Shown piece by piece: positions 50,004 through 63,080 of a DNA stretch of 64,000 nt (its first letter is position 1; each line of letters begins with the position of its first letter). This DNA is from Octopus vulgaris (Eukaryota): NCBI GenBank assembly GCA_951406725.2, contig OX597823.1, positions 48,236,001-48,300,000 of the forward strand, in the 5' to 3' direction. The position numbers were made by a program, and so were the translations under genes. The notes under the pieces were generated by a model. It did no database searches, was not told the origin of the DNA, and saw only the letters and a list, made by a program, of their open reading frames with translations.

Positions 50004-50747
50004 ACCTTGTTCACTGATTAGATGACACTTAATAAACAATGTTTTGTGTGCAAGGCAACTGGACTTGTCTCAGTTTTCAGTCAACCAAATCTTAATCACA
50101 ATGTTTTAGCTGACTTGAAACCACAGTAGAAGATACATGCACAATGTGCTATATGGTGGGACTGAACCCGAAACCCTGTTGGCTTCAAAACAAACCTCTT
50201 AACCTCATAACCATTCCTGTCAGTAAAGTTATGATCATCCAGTGATGTATGCGTCCCCTTACACATTCCCAGATCTCTGTGCACTGCACTACTTCAAAAT
50301 TATCTTTTGTACTACCTAAACCACTCTTTAAAATTTTTAGTAGCACAACCTGTCCTATACTCCAGTAGGTCTCATGATAAATGGAAGCTGACAGTTAATT
50401 TTGTATATTTGTCTCAGCACTTACATATTTGGTATGGCTGATCAATTACATGTGTCAATGGGAGAAGCTTTCATTCTCAGTTGATTTGCAGCATTGCTCT
50501 AAAGTAGCAAAGAGGAAAGAAATGTAACACTACTGTGAAGAATACTACATCTATATTTTACTGTCATATTTTATCGTCAGATGCCTACACAGGCTTGTAA
50601 GACATTCATTCTGTTGACTGGGATATTTTTGTACTTCTCCTTGATGAACTGACTAATTAGAATAATTAATAGTGATACTGCAAGACTGAACCCTAAGGGC
50701 TGAGTGCTGAGTTCAATACTACATGGATGCCAAGCAAGCTTCTAGAG

Positions 50748-51172
50748 TAGGTGCAGGAGTGGCTGTGTGACAAGTAGCTTGCTTACCAAACACAAGGTTC
50801 CGAGTTCATTCGCACTGCGTGGCACCTTGGGCAAGTGTCTTCTGCTATAGCCTCGGGCCAATGAAAGCCTTGTGAGTGGAAAGAAGCCTATCGTATATAT
50901 GTATATATATATGTGTGTGTGTGTGTGTGCATGTGTGTGTGTGTGTGTGTGTATGTTTGTATGTCTGTGTTTATCCCCACCAACATCACTTGACAACCGA
51001 TAGTGGTGTGTTTACATCACCTTAACTTAGTATTTCGGCAAAAGAGAACGATAGAGTAAGTACTAGGCTTACAAAGAATAAGTCCTGGGGTCGATTTGTT
51101 CGACTAAAAGGCGGTGCTCCAGCATGGCCGCAGTCAAATAACTGAAACAAGTAAAATAGAGTAAAAGAGAGT
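50748..51172 (+). mobile_element. SINE family 2, near full-length copy
   Basis: tRNA-like head TGGCTGTGTGAC...GTTCCGAGTTC, CCTTGGGCAAG CORE-like motif, central (TA)(TG)n, tail ...CTGAAACAAGTAAAATAGAGTAAAAGAG. Confidence 0.9.
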
Positions 51173-51479
51173 ACATAGCCATGCCTGTACCATGCAGTGG
51201 GACTGAACCTAATACCAAATGGTTGAAAAGCAAGCTGCTTAACCACTTGGCCATGTCAGAACCTAAAATGATGCAAACTTCCAATGATAATAGATATAGA
51301 TGTTGTGTAGGTTGTGCAGTGAGTGGAGGGCCATTCAATACTAACAACATGAATCAAAGATAGCAAAATAGGTAATGGGTGAATATGAATACTTCAAATG
51401 TTATTGCTCCTCTTCAGCACCACATCCAACACCCTTAACCAAGCAAATCATCCCTAGTACATATTTATAAAATGTAGTA

Positions 51480-51755
51480 CTTAGTCTGGTGCTTAATTTT
51501 TGAAGAACCTCTAAGGTACAGGAATGTAAACAAAGCAACATTGATTGTCAAATGGTGTATGGAGGACAAGCACAGATACAACACATACAGACACACACAC
51601 ACACATGACAAGCTTCCACAAAGTTTCCAGATTCTACACAGGGTACCATGGTTACCCATAAAGCATTAGACAGCTCAAACTCAAGGTGTCATGCACTGGG
51701 ACTGAACCCAATACCATGTGGTTGAAAAGTAAGCTTCTTAACCACACAACCATGC
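51480..51755 (-). mobile_element. SINE family 2, decayed
   Basis: gggactgaacccaataccatgtggttg...cttaaccacac. Confidence 0.7.
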
Positions 51756-51914
51756 TTGGATGAAAACATCAATTTACAATGATAAAAAATACAGATATCC
51801 TGTGGTCTATGGAGGCCCATTTAAATACTAAGTTTTTCTGTGAAACCCACAACTTTCTGTTGCTAATTACTTCAGTTATATTGGTTCCTTTTATTTAATG
51901 TTTATGTTGCACCC

Positions 51915-52230
51915 TGAGGTGCATGACTTAGTGGTTAGAGTATTCGGCTCATGGTTGCAAGGTCATGAGTTCAATTCCCAGCAATGCATTGTGTCCTTGA
52001 GCAAGACGCTTTATTTCATGCTGCTCCAGTCCAATCAGCTGACAAAAACGAATAATACAAGTAATTCACTGGGCCAACCTTGTCGCATTCTGTGTCATGC
52101 TAAATCTCCCTGAGAACTACGTTAAGGACACATGTATCTGTGGAGTGCTCAGCCACCTGCACATTAATTCCATGAGTAGGCTGTTCTGCTGATCAAATCA
52201 ACTGGAACCCTCATCGGTATAACCAATGGC
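51915..52230 (+). mobile_element. SINE family 1, near full length
   Basis: GAGGTGCATGACTTAGTGGTTAG...GAGTTCAATTCCC...TGTGTCCTTGAGCAAGACGC. Confidence 0.85.
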
Positions 52231-52693
52231 ATGCCATGCTGTACCATTTTAGACAAACATAGAAATTCATACAATGGCAAGTATATAAGAATATCTAATA
52301 GTTCATCAGGAATGATACAGTATTGTTTATCATTTCCTCAAACCAGAAACAGAAGAGAAAGTTTTTGTTTTTATGACCAGAATGTTAACATCTGAAATAG
52401 CACCATTCTTTCACAAATAATGTAAATATTTAAATCTATTTCTTCATTTCGTAATAGAAAGAATATATTCATGTCACCAGATTATAAAATGATAATATAT
52501 TTAATCTCACAACTCTCATAACCAAATGGGGAATTGTTGAAGGATTATTATGGTTCTGTAATTCAGTAATTCTTTTATGAATTTTCACTAGAAAGTGAAA
52601 ATATTCCTTTATGTTTATTTTAACATATATATATATATATATGCATACATGCATACATACATACATACATACATACATACATACATACATACA

Positions 52694-52752
<59 letters not shown>

Positions 52753-53034
52753 ATATATATAGTTACATTTATATTCATGGCATGAATTTTAATCGCGAAA
52801 GAAGTAAATTGGAGTTAGCATGACAAAACATCTCAAGAGCATTATATATTCTATGTATAGTTGTGTGGGTAAAAAGTTTGCTTTGTAACCATGTGATTTC
52901 AGGTTCAATCATACTAAGCAGTGCTTTGGGCGAAAAACATTCTATCATATTCTTCAGGATAACAAATACATTTGTGTGTGAGTGAAAGCTGGTAGATAGA
53001 AACTGTTTAAAATCCCATTTTCTTTCCCCTCTCC

Positions 53035-53066
<32 letters not shown>

Positions 53067-53086
53067 TTACATGTGTGTGTGTCTAT

Positions 53087-53530
53087 AGGTACAAGTGTGG
53101 TTGTGTGGTAAGAAGCTTGCTTCTTACCACACAACCAAGCGAGCTGGCAAAAACGTAAGGTGGCGAGCTGGCAGAAACGTTAGCATGCCAGGCGAATTGC
53201 TTAATGGTATTTTGACTGCCGCTACATTCTGAGTTCAAATTCCACCGAGGTTGACTTTGCCTTTCATCCTTTCAGAGTCAATTAAATAAGTACCAGTTAC
53301 GCACTGGGGTCGATATAACCGACTTTATCCATTTGTCTGTCCTTGTTTGCCCCCTCTGTGTTTAGCCTCTTGTGGGCAGTAAAGAAATAAGAAGCTTGCT
53401 TCTCAACCACATGGTTTTGGATTTAGTATCAATGCATGGCACCTTGGACAAGTGTCTTCTACTATACTTCTGGGCTGACCAAAGCCTTGTGAGTGGATTC
53501 GGCCACAGTCAAATAACTGAAACAAGTAAG
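53087..53530 (+). mobile_element. Family-3 SINE inserted into a family-2 SINE head
   Basis: taagaagcttgcttct duplicated at 53109 and 53389 around the Meta-like SINE. Confidence 0.8.
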
Positions 53531-53739
53531 AGGTGAATTTATTTTCAGTTGGGTTTTCTCCCTTCATGTCAATGTCCACTATGCATTTCATATTTTACGC
53601 AATTAGTAAAATAAGAACCTGCTAGAGTACTCCAGGCAATGTCAAAAACCATAACCCTCAAAGACAGTGCTTCGGGTTTGTCTCATTTCAATGAGTGAAA
53701 TTAATGAAATGGAAGAAAAAATAATGACACAGAATAAAC

Positions 53740-54320
53740 TTTTCTACTCTAAGGTACAAGGCCTGAAATTTTGGTGGGAGGGTGCCAGTTGATTAGATTG
53801 ACCCCAGTACGCAGCTGGTACTTAATTTATCGACCTCTAAAGATGAAAGGCAAAGTCGACCTCAGCGAAATTTGAACTCAGAATGTAAAGACAGACAAAA
53901 TACCTATTTCTTTACTACCCACAAGGAGCTAAGGACAGAGGGAACAAACAAGGACAGACAAATGGATTAAGTCAATTATATCGACCCCAGTGCATAACTG
54001 GTACTTATTTAATCGATCCCGAAAGGATGAAAGGCAAAGTTGACCTTGGCAGAATTTGAACTCAGAGCGTAGCAGCAGACAAAATACCTATTTCTTTACT
54101 ACCCACAAGGGGCTAAACACAGAGGGGACAAACAAGGACAGACATAGGTATTAAGTCGATTACATCGACCCCAGTGCATAACTGGTACTTAATTTATCGA
54201 CCCCGAAAGGATGAAAGGCAAAGTCGACCTGGGCGGAATTCGAACTCAGAACGTAGCGGTAGACAAAATACCGCTAGGCATTTCACCCAGTGTGCTAACG
54301 TTTCTGCCAGTTCACTGCCT
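53740..54320 (-). mobile_element. Family-3 (Meta-domain-like) SINE with three tandem internal units
   Basis: gaaaggcaaagtYgacct...ttYgaactcag repeated at ~53845, 54028 and 54212; single head at ~54320. Confidence 0.85.
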
Positions 54321-55399
54321 TAATGACACAAAATAATGACACAAGAATGTCACTACTGACATAAGAAAAATTAAAACAGACAAAAATAATTTCCTATATT
54401 GAGTTAAAGTTTTAAAAATAGAGAAAAATCTAATAATGGATTTAGTGTAACTGAGTACAACTTGTAATTGTTAATTAATTATGCTAAAGGCTGAAACCAA
54501 ATATTGTTATATAGTAGCATTGCTGTGAAATCGTGCTTGTGGCATCCGATCTCCTGATCAAACCAAGAAAATTTTATTTCTATTCTCTCTTATGTTTTTT
54601 TTTTGTGTGTGTGTTTCTTTTACCATGGCACAGGCAAGGCTGCTGATTAAAATGCTCACTTTGCAACCACATGGCTTCAGGTTCAGTCCCACTGAGTGGC
54701 ACCTACAAAAGCCCTAAAAAACCTACAATAGCCTACAATAGCCCTAAAAACAATGAGTGAATTTGGTATATAAAAACCGAGTGCAGGTGCTGTCATATAT
54801 ATTCTTTTATTCGTTTATTATTTTACTTGTTTCAATCATTTAACTGCAGCCACGCTGGACCACTGCCTTTAAGGGTTTTTTTTTTAGTCAAAGAAATCTA
54901 CCACAGGACTTATTCTTTGTATGCTTAGTAGTTATTTTATTGGTCTCTTTTGCTGAACTGCTACATTTCAAGGATGTAAACACACAAACACAAAGACACA
55001 CATACATAAATACACACACACACACATGTATGTGTGTGTGTGTGGGGTGGGGGGGATAGAAGTTGAAAATGCACTAAGAATAGTGAAAATATCTTTTATT
55101 AAAAGGTTTGAAGCTTTAACCGGTTTTACAGTTAACACTGATTTTCAAAAAGTTCAAATAGAAAGACGTGGCTTATGTCACAGTTTTTATAGGGAGTTCA
55201 TGGCTCAAATTCCTATATGTTTTGAATAAGATTTGATTGGTGGCGGATAGTCACATGACTGGTCTTAGAAATTTTTGTAGGTTCATCACTATATCCATGT
55301 GTTACTATCAAGTGATAATGTTTGTCGACTGAACAAATCCAAACTATCAATGCTTTGAATGTTTTCTGTCAAGTGTTTGTAGAGAATGAACACGTGATT

Positions 55400-56033
55400 A
55401 AGTTTGTGTTCATTCTCTACAAACACTTTTCTAAACGTTTTCCTCGTTCTTAACACAATCAAGGAGACCTTGTGCAACTGACACCCAAGTGTCTTTTTGG
55501 TCAACTGAAAGCAGTTTTGGCACAAACTTAGCAGACATACATCTCATACCAAATCTTCAGTGATAATGGACCGAACTGAACCATAACTAATCTGCACATC
55601 CTCTGATAACTCACAGATAGTGATTCGATAATTTCCCTTCATAGCTGCACACATATCTCCAATGTTTTTCTCAGTTCTGCTGATTGCAGGTCTCCCAAAA
55701 CTTTTGTCACTATTGACATTATTTTGTCCATCTTGGAAACGTCCGAACCATTTGTACGGTTGTGTGCGGCTCATACACACCTATCCATACACTTTCTGCA
55801 ACTTAATGTTGCCTTCTGAGCAGATATCACCATGACAACTTTCTCTGTTATGGTCAATGCAATGATGACATGCTACACACCTTTCTTCCAAGCACTGTAG
55901 TAAACAGCGGAAGTGAGATAGAATGTTAAAACTTAGTGCACATACACAGCAGGTCAATCTATGCCAAGCAGCTTCACATGCAATTTAGCTTCGTTAGTAT
56001 GGCAATAGTCCAGATACTTATTGATCAGACCTC

Positions 56034-56036
<3 letters not shown>
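55400..56036 (-). mobile_element. Mariner transposon 5' fragment
   Basis: TIR cacgaggtctgatcaataagtat next to TA; peptide MSRTQPYKWFGRFQDG...GRP...RITICELSE...SAKFVPKLL (HTH and WVPxxL motif). Confidence 0.85.
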
Positions 56037-56078
<42 letters not shown>

Positions 56079-56109
56079 TACGTATAGTTCATTGTCGTCA
56101 GTTGATATA

Positions 56110-56185
<76 letters not shown>

Positions 56186-56186
<1 letters not shown>

Positions 56187-56940
56187 TTGGTAAAGCATAA
56201 ATCCGAAAAAGAAGCACATTCTAAGTTATAGAGCAGTACCCTGTGTTATATAAATAAAGTTAGATAAGTGAGATTATGGAATTACCCTGGGTTTCATGTC
56301 CATAAATTGCTTAGCATTACGGCATATCATCGGATCCCAAACCTGTTGGCTTATGGTCTCTCTAGAAAATGGAGGAGCAGGGTCGACAGTACTGATAGTC
56401 AAAGCTACAGAGACGCGAACAGAACCAATGGTAGCACCATTAACAGCAATAATTTACCATGGCGAAGTCTTCATCAACAGAGACGCCAAGATTAAATATA
56501 TAAACATGAGGTCAATCCAGCAGGTGCCTCTTGCTTATGTATTTAAATTTTTTTCAAATCCACCATGCAAGCGCAGTCTATATATAATTCATATAAAATA
56601 CTGTGTACATTTAAACACATTAAGAGGTTTCCATCATAGGAATCTTTTATGTTAGAAAGAACAACTAAAGTCCAAACCACTAATTAGGGATAAATTCTCG
56701 AAGGAAATGAAAAATAAAAATATTAACCCTCCCTTTCCTGGACCATGGTTTCTGACTTATTCTAGTAAAATAAAATAATTTACCATGGCGAAATCTTCAT
56801 CAACAGAGACGCCAAGATTAAATATATAAACATGAGGTCAATCCAGCAAGTGCCTCTTGCTTATGTATTTTAATTTTTTTCAAATCCACCACGCAAGCAC
56901 AGTCTATTTTGTTGGCAGAAAAAAAAAAAAAAAAATGCCA
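56186..56940 (-). mobile_element. PLE-like terminal repeat with hammerhead and a 134-bp direct repeat
   Basis: Begins at (TA)n; HHR at 56277-56339; direct repeat 56448-56581 / 56774-56907. Confidence 0.6.
56277..56339 (-). ncRNA. Type I hammerhead ribozyme, one core substitution
   Basis: Minus: TGGGAT-CcGATGA-tATGCCGTAA...TTATGGACAT-GAAACCC-A-GGGTA-ATTCCA; 6-bp stem I, ~9-bp stem II, stem III ACCC/GGGT, GUA site. Confidence 0.78.
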
Positions 56941-56986
56941 GCAATTTCTTCGAACGAATCTACCAGAAATCATTATAAATAATTAA

Positions 56987-57131
56987 TAATATCAGGGTAA
57001 TAAAGATTTTAGAAATTTTTACTACAAGTGGCCTAGAAAAATTAGTCAATAGACTATATAGTCTATTGACTTTTTCTATGCGCTAGGCTACTCGTAGTAA
57101 AGAATTTTTAATCTTTATTACCCTGATATTA
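56987..57131. repeat. Fold-back hairpin with a 28-bp perfect central palindrome
   Basis: taatatcagggtaataaagatt / aatctttattaccctgatatta arms; agtcaatagactatatagtctattgact at 57044-57071. Confidence 0.9.
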
Positions 57132-57132
57132 G

Positions 57133-57174
<42 letters not shown>

Positions 57175-57389
57175 TGCATACATACATACATACATACATG
57201 CATGCATGCAAATGCACACACACATACATATATACATACATACATTATTATGGCTGCCTCCTCGTTATCGAGTATGGCCATTGCACGATGTTTAACTGTT
57301 ACTGGTGCTGTGATCGAATGTGACTTTTTAGCCCAGCTATACATACATACATACATACATACATACATACATACATACATACATGCATA

Positions 57390-57800
57390 CAAAGTGCCGA
57401 TCTCTAATTGTGGAGAGAACATGTGGAAGAGATAGACCCAGTAAGATTTGGGACGAGGTGGTGAAATATGATCTTCGTTTGTTGCATCCACGAAGATGAA
57501 GACAAGTAACTGAGACTTCTGGTAATTTGCTGTCCTTAAGAAGACATGTCCAGCTATAAGAAATTTTGATCATGGCTAGTGCTACTGGTAACATGTAAAA
57601 GGCACCTGTGTCAGTGACAAGAAAAAGATACCCCATACACTCTGTAGAGCAGTTGGCATTAGGAAGGGCACCCAGCTATAGAAATCAAGCCAATGCAGAT
57701 GACTGGAGCGTGGTGCAGCTCGCTAGCTTACCAACTCTGGTCAAACCATCTAACCCATGCTAGCATGGAAAATAGACGTTAAATAATGATGATGATGATG
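57390..57800 (+). mobile_element. RTE LINE 3' end
   Basis: KCRSLIVERTCGRDRPSKIWDEVVKYDLR then 3' UTR and (GAT)n tail. Confidence 0.8.
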
Positions 57801-58454
57801 GTGGTGGTGGTGGTGGTGGTAGTTATGGTGGTGCTGGTGATGATGCTTACAATTATACACAAACATACATGTATGCATACATAAATTCACACACACACAT
57901 TGGTCAACTCAGAACTGTAGCAGAATACACTTTTCCATGCCTCTGACTATAATTATTTAATTAGACTTTTTCATGAAAAGGAAATAGATAACTGACTATT
58001 GTTTTATAATAAATGACGTAGAAGTTATCCATCATTGAAAAACCTAACATCATGTTGAATAATTACAAAATTAAAACAGAAAATGATCAAATCAAATACT
58101 ACTGTTTTTTTATCCCTTTATAAATTCTTTTCCAACAAAATCAGTTAAATTTGATTTGTTTTTAGTACTTTTAATCATTTCTGTCTCTTTGGATTTCCTT
58201 GTTTCTCTTTGTCCGAGGAATACTAAAAATGATATTTCTGTGTGGGTATATAAAATGAGGAGAAACTAAAGATGATATAGTAGGGTTTTAACTCTGGTTA
58301 CCTGAGGATACACAGGTATACAGATATTATTGAATCATATCAATAGAATATTCCATATAATTTTATCTAACATTCAGTAAATAACAGCAGATAATGAAGC
58401 ATTGAAACAATTGTAGTAATTTGTAATAGAGCCTGTTCAATCCATATTCTCACA

Positions 58455-58790
58455 ACTGGCTTCTGTGCCGGTGGCACGTAAAACGCACCATCCGAACGTG
58501 GCTGATGCCAGCACTGCCTTGACTGGCTTCTGTGCCGGTGGCACGTAAAAAGTACCAACTGATCGTGGCCGCTGCCAGACTCCCCTGGCACCTGTGCCAG
58601 TGACACGTAAAAAGCACCCACTACACTCACGGAGTGGTTGGCATTAGGAAGGGCACCCAGCTGTAGAAACACTGCCAGATCAGACAGGAGCCTGGTGCAG
58701 CCTCCTGGCTTCCCAGACCCCGGTCGAACCGTCCAACCCGTGCTAGCACGGAAAACAGACATTAAACAATGATGATGATGATGATGATGA
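58455..58790 (+). mobile_element. RTE LINE 3' UTR
   Basis: Close match to 28800-29125. Confidence 0.9.
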
Positions 58791-58798
58791 TATATATA

Positions 58799-59590
58799 CT
58801 AACAGAGATACTCAGCATTGCTCGGGATTAAAATGACATAGTTTGTATATATTACAGTTATGTTGAAACAGGTGATATGGGAAAGGGCAGCATTGACAAC
58901 AAAACATTTGTGGAGTAAATGATGGGCTAATTCGACTAAGCAACATGCTATGCATCTGTTTGGAGTATTTCAGGCCCTAACCTGTCATGGAAAATTGGAG
59001 GTAGGGAGTTATGTAATTTTTGAACGCACCGAAAAGCTGTCAGTGGATATACTCTCTTTTGCAGTAGTCAGTGCTGTGTCTAACACGACCCATGATCTGA
59101 AATTTTAACACCCTCTTCGGGTTTGTTGTCCTAAATCACTCATAAAGTAAATTTAGAGGAACTGTGGTTGTTCATTTGTGGGTAACAGGGAACCAATGAG
59201 GTGATAGACTTGCTCTTGAACTTTGATGTCAGTGTAAATTCATGTTTATCTATCTTCTTAGATGCACCAAACGATGTCATTTGAAATGCAGAGTTGTGTT
59301 TTCTGATATTGTTCAGAAAATCCTTTGACTGGATGGAAGTGCCTTTTAGAAGAGGTTGAAGGAGCTGGTAGTGCTGACAATGTTACCTGACTGCCTGAGC
59401 AGCACATACCATCTGTTCCAATTGAAAATTTAAAAGCTCTAGAGAAATGAGAATTTGTGTTTAGCACACCACTTTGGACAGAGTTATCATTTTTATAAGA
59501 ATGGGATGGATCATATCTGAAAACAGCTTCCTGGAGCTGTGAAGAACGAATTTGTTCATAGTCTGCTTCTGAGAGCTATTCTACTGGACC
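58799..59590 (-). mobile_element. Helitron fragment with Rep-helicase N-terminal remnant and 3' end
   Basis: AFKFSIGTDGMCCSG.QV.L, FLNNIRKHNSAFQMTSFG, KVQEQVYHLIGSLLP..QPQFL*IYF; 3' hairpin CCCGAGCAATGCTGAG followed by TTAG|T. Confidence 0.85.
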
Positions 59591-59749
59591 TCTGTCTACA
59601 TACATAAAATGAAACATACAAATCTGCACACATACATACATGCATACATACCTACCTACCTACCTACATACATACATACATACATACATACATACATACA
59701 TACATACATACATACATACATACATACATACATACATACATACACACAT

Positions 59750-59856
59750 ACAAACAGAAATTCCCTGTTGTTGATGTTGAAATTGCAATGAAGGAGCCTT
59801 GGATCTAGGTTATAAACCGGTTCTATCTCTATTGGCAAGAAATCTTGAAATAATGA
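59750..59856 (+). mobile_element. R4/Dong-like 3' UTR tip within (TACA)n
   Basis: Matches 12715-12810. Confidence 0.8.
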
Positions 59857-60516
59857 CTTACATTGAATGACTTACATACATCATATATACATACATGCAT
59901 ACATACATACACCATATATACATACATACATACATGCATGCATACATACATACATACATACATACATACATACATACATACATACATACATGCGTGCATG
60001 AATGCATACACACATACATATACATGGTCAAGCAGTTGCCAACTAAACCAGTAACCCTACCAAGCTTGTGTCAGCATGGGTTGTAAGCTCTCTAACCTCC
60101 ATATCTGCACGAAGTGTGGAGGTCCCAGACATGACTGCAAAAACTACATAAAGCACACCAACATACTTTTCTGTGCACATGAGAGGGTTATACTATTTTG
60201 AGAACCCTAGAGAAATGTTCAGAAACAATGGCCTTTATCAGAGATCCTTTATCTTAACATCATAAATTTGTTGAAACTTATAGTCTTTAGTGGATGGTTA
60301 ATCATATTAAAAGTAGTGGACGATACTTGTATGAAAGGAAAATTAGATGCGATGTCATTAATACATAGAATGATCAATTGTATATAGGGCCAACTGACAG
60401 TTTGTCTACTGATATCTAAATCTTGTCCATTCATACTGGAACCAAGCATCTACTCTTGTGTGTGTGTACATGTGTGTGTATCTATATACATATACACAGT
60501 CACATACATATATGTG

Positions 60517-60547
<31 letters not shown>

Positions 60548-60679
60548 ATATGAATGTCTATATGAATACTTTTCCATTCTTCCCAAGTATAAAACTAATA
60601 CACTTATACACCTGCTTATTGTTTCTACACCTGTCTTTTTCTTTTGTTTTCTGTAAATTTGAACTATATGTATATATTC

Positions 60680-61480
60680 TTTTATTCTTATATTTGTTTC
60701 AGTCATTTGACTGCGACCTTGAAGAATTTTAGTCAAACAAATCAACACCAGTTTTAAACCTAGTACTTATTCTATCAGTCTCATTTGTTGAACTGCTAAG
60801 TTACAGAGATGTAAACGCATCAACCCCAGTTGTCAAGTGGTGATAGGAGGACATATACATACACACCAGCACACACAAACATAGATATATACATATATAT
60901 ATATATGTTGGGCATCTTTCAGTTCCCATCTATCAAATTTACTCACAAAGCTTTTGGTCAGCCTGAGGCTATAGCAGAAGACACTTGCCCAAGGTGCCAT
61001 ACACTGGAGTTGAGCCCAGAATCATGGGGTTGGGAAGCAAGTTTCTTACCACACAGCCACGCCTGCCATATATATATATATATTATATTTTATCTTTTAT
61101 CTTTTACTTGTTTCAGCCATTAGAAGAATATTAGGTGAAAGAACCGACCCTACTTTTTATTTAATTTTTTTTCAATCCTGGTACTTCTTCTATCAGTTTG
61201 TTTTTGGCTAGCTGCTAAGTTATGGGAATGTAAACCCTCCAACACTGGTTGTCTAGGGATGATGGAGTACAAACACTGACATAAAGATGCACACACAGAC
61301 ACACACACTTATATATATGACAGGCTTCTTTGAGTTTCCGCCTACCAAATACACTAACAAGGCTTCTTGCCCAAGATTCTATGCAATGGGACTGAACCTA
61401 GAACATGTGTGGAAAACAAACTCCTTACCACACAGCGACATCTGTGCCTATATTATTTATGATATTTATACATGCATATG

Positions 61481-61520
<40 letters not shown>

Positions 61521-61950
61521 TGTATGTATATACACAAATATATATATTTTACCTTGTTTTACTTGTTTCAGTCATTTGACAGTTGCTGGAGCACTGCTTT
61601 GAGGGGTTTTAGTTGACCCCAGGACTTATTCTTTGTAAGCCCAGTATTTATTCTATCGGTATCTTTTGCTGAACCACTAAGTTATGGGGACGTAGACACA
61701 CCAGCATCACTTGTCAAGTGACAGTGGCGGAGGTTACAAACACAGACTCAAAGACACACATAGACACACAATCACATACATGTACATATACAACATGCTT
61801 CTTTCAGTTTCCATCTACCAAATTTACTCACAAGGCTTTGGTTGGCTCGAAGTTATAGTAAAAGACACTTACCCAAGGTGCCACACAGTGAGACTGAACC
61901 CAGAACCATGTGGTTGAGAAGCAAGCTTCTAACCATGCAGCCACACCTGC
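60680..61950 (-). mobile_element. Three tandem family-2 SINEs
   Basis: Tail ttgtttcagtcatttgac at ~60693, 61107 and 61563; heads at ~61065, 61445 and 61950. Confidence 0.8.
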
Positions 61951-62349
61951 ACCAATGCATATATATCTTTATAAATTTATACATATAATATGTATATATC
62001 TGTATGTAAAACTATATACATTTATGTATGTGTGTTTGTTCATAAAAGATATCTTATGATATTGTTTCATCATGGCTATGCCCCATTATCTCAATATCAC
62101 TTATGCCTCTTTTCACTTATGAGAGAGATACAAACAAAGGCTTGCTATAATTAATCTAAACCCTTTAAAAGCAGTGCCCCAGCATGGCCTCAGCTCAATG
62201 ATTAAAATGAGAAAATGAATAAAAATATAACATATTCATAGATAATGAGAATTAATAATCAGATGATGTAAATTTTATAATAAATATAGAATAAAAATTA
62301 TGTAAGACACCATACAGCATAGAAAATGATTAACTATATACCATATTAT

Positions 62350-62941
62350 AAGCATGTGTCTGTTGTTTGTGTATAAGTATGTATGTGTTAGTGTATACTT
62401 CACACACATACATATATTGCATATATACATATTAAGACACACACGCATATACATACACACATGTACAACTATGTATATATGTGCATGCGTGTGTATGTAT
62501 ATATATATATATAAACACACATATATATATACATATATATATCTGTGTATATATATATATATGTATGTATGTATTATATATACATGTATATATATATATA
62601 TCTGTATATATGTATATAGGTATGTGTGTGTGTGTATATATATTCATACACACACACACATACACTATAAATCTTCTTATATGCACAGTGAACAGCATAT
62701 CTCATCATATACATACACAACACACACATAATCTCTTAGAATTCTTTATATATGTATATCTAGTATATATATATATATAGATATATATCTATATATATAT
62801 ATATATATATACATCCATATATATATATACACACATATATAGGCACATACATATACATATATATTTATGTACACATGTTTATGTACATGTATATTTACAT
62901 GTACATAATATGCGTGAGAGCATATATATATATGCACGTAA

Positions 62942-62999
<58 letters not shown>

Positions 63000-63080
63000 C
63001 AAAAATACATAGATGCATGCACATACACACACATATGCATATATGCATACACACACACACACACGCACATACGCACACAT
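62350..63080. repeat. (TA)n/(CA)n low-complexity field
   Basis: Direct inspection. Confidence 0.9.

Noticed and set aside
60249-60449. Possible CR1/L2 RT remnant (LIILCINDI)
   Set aside because: Single weak motif; no YADD equivalent visible
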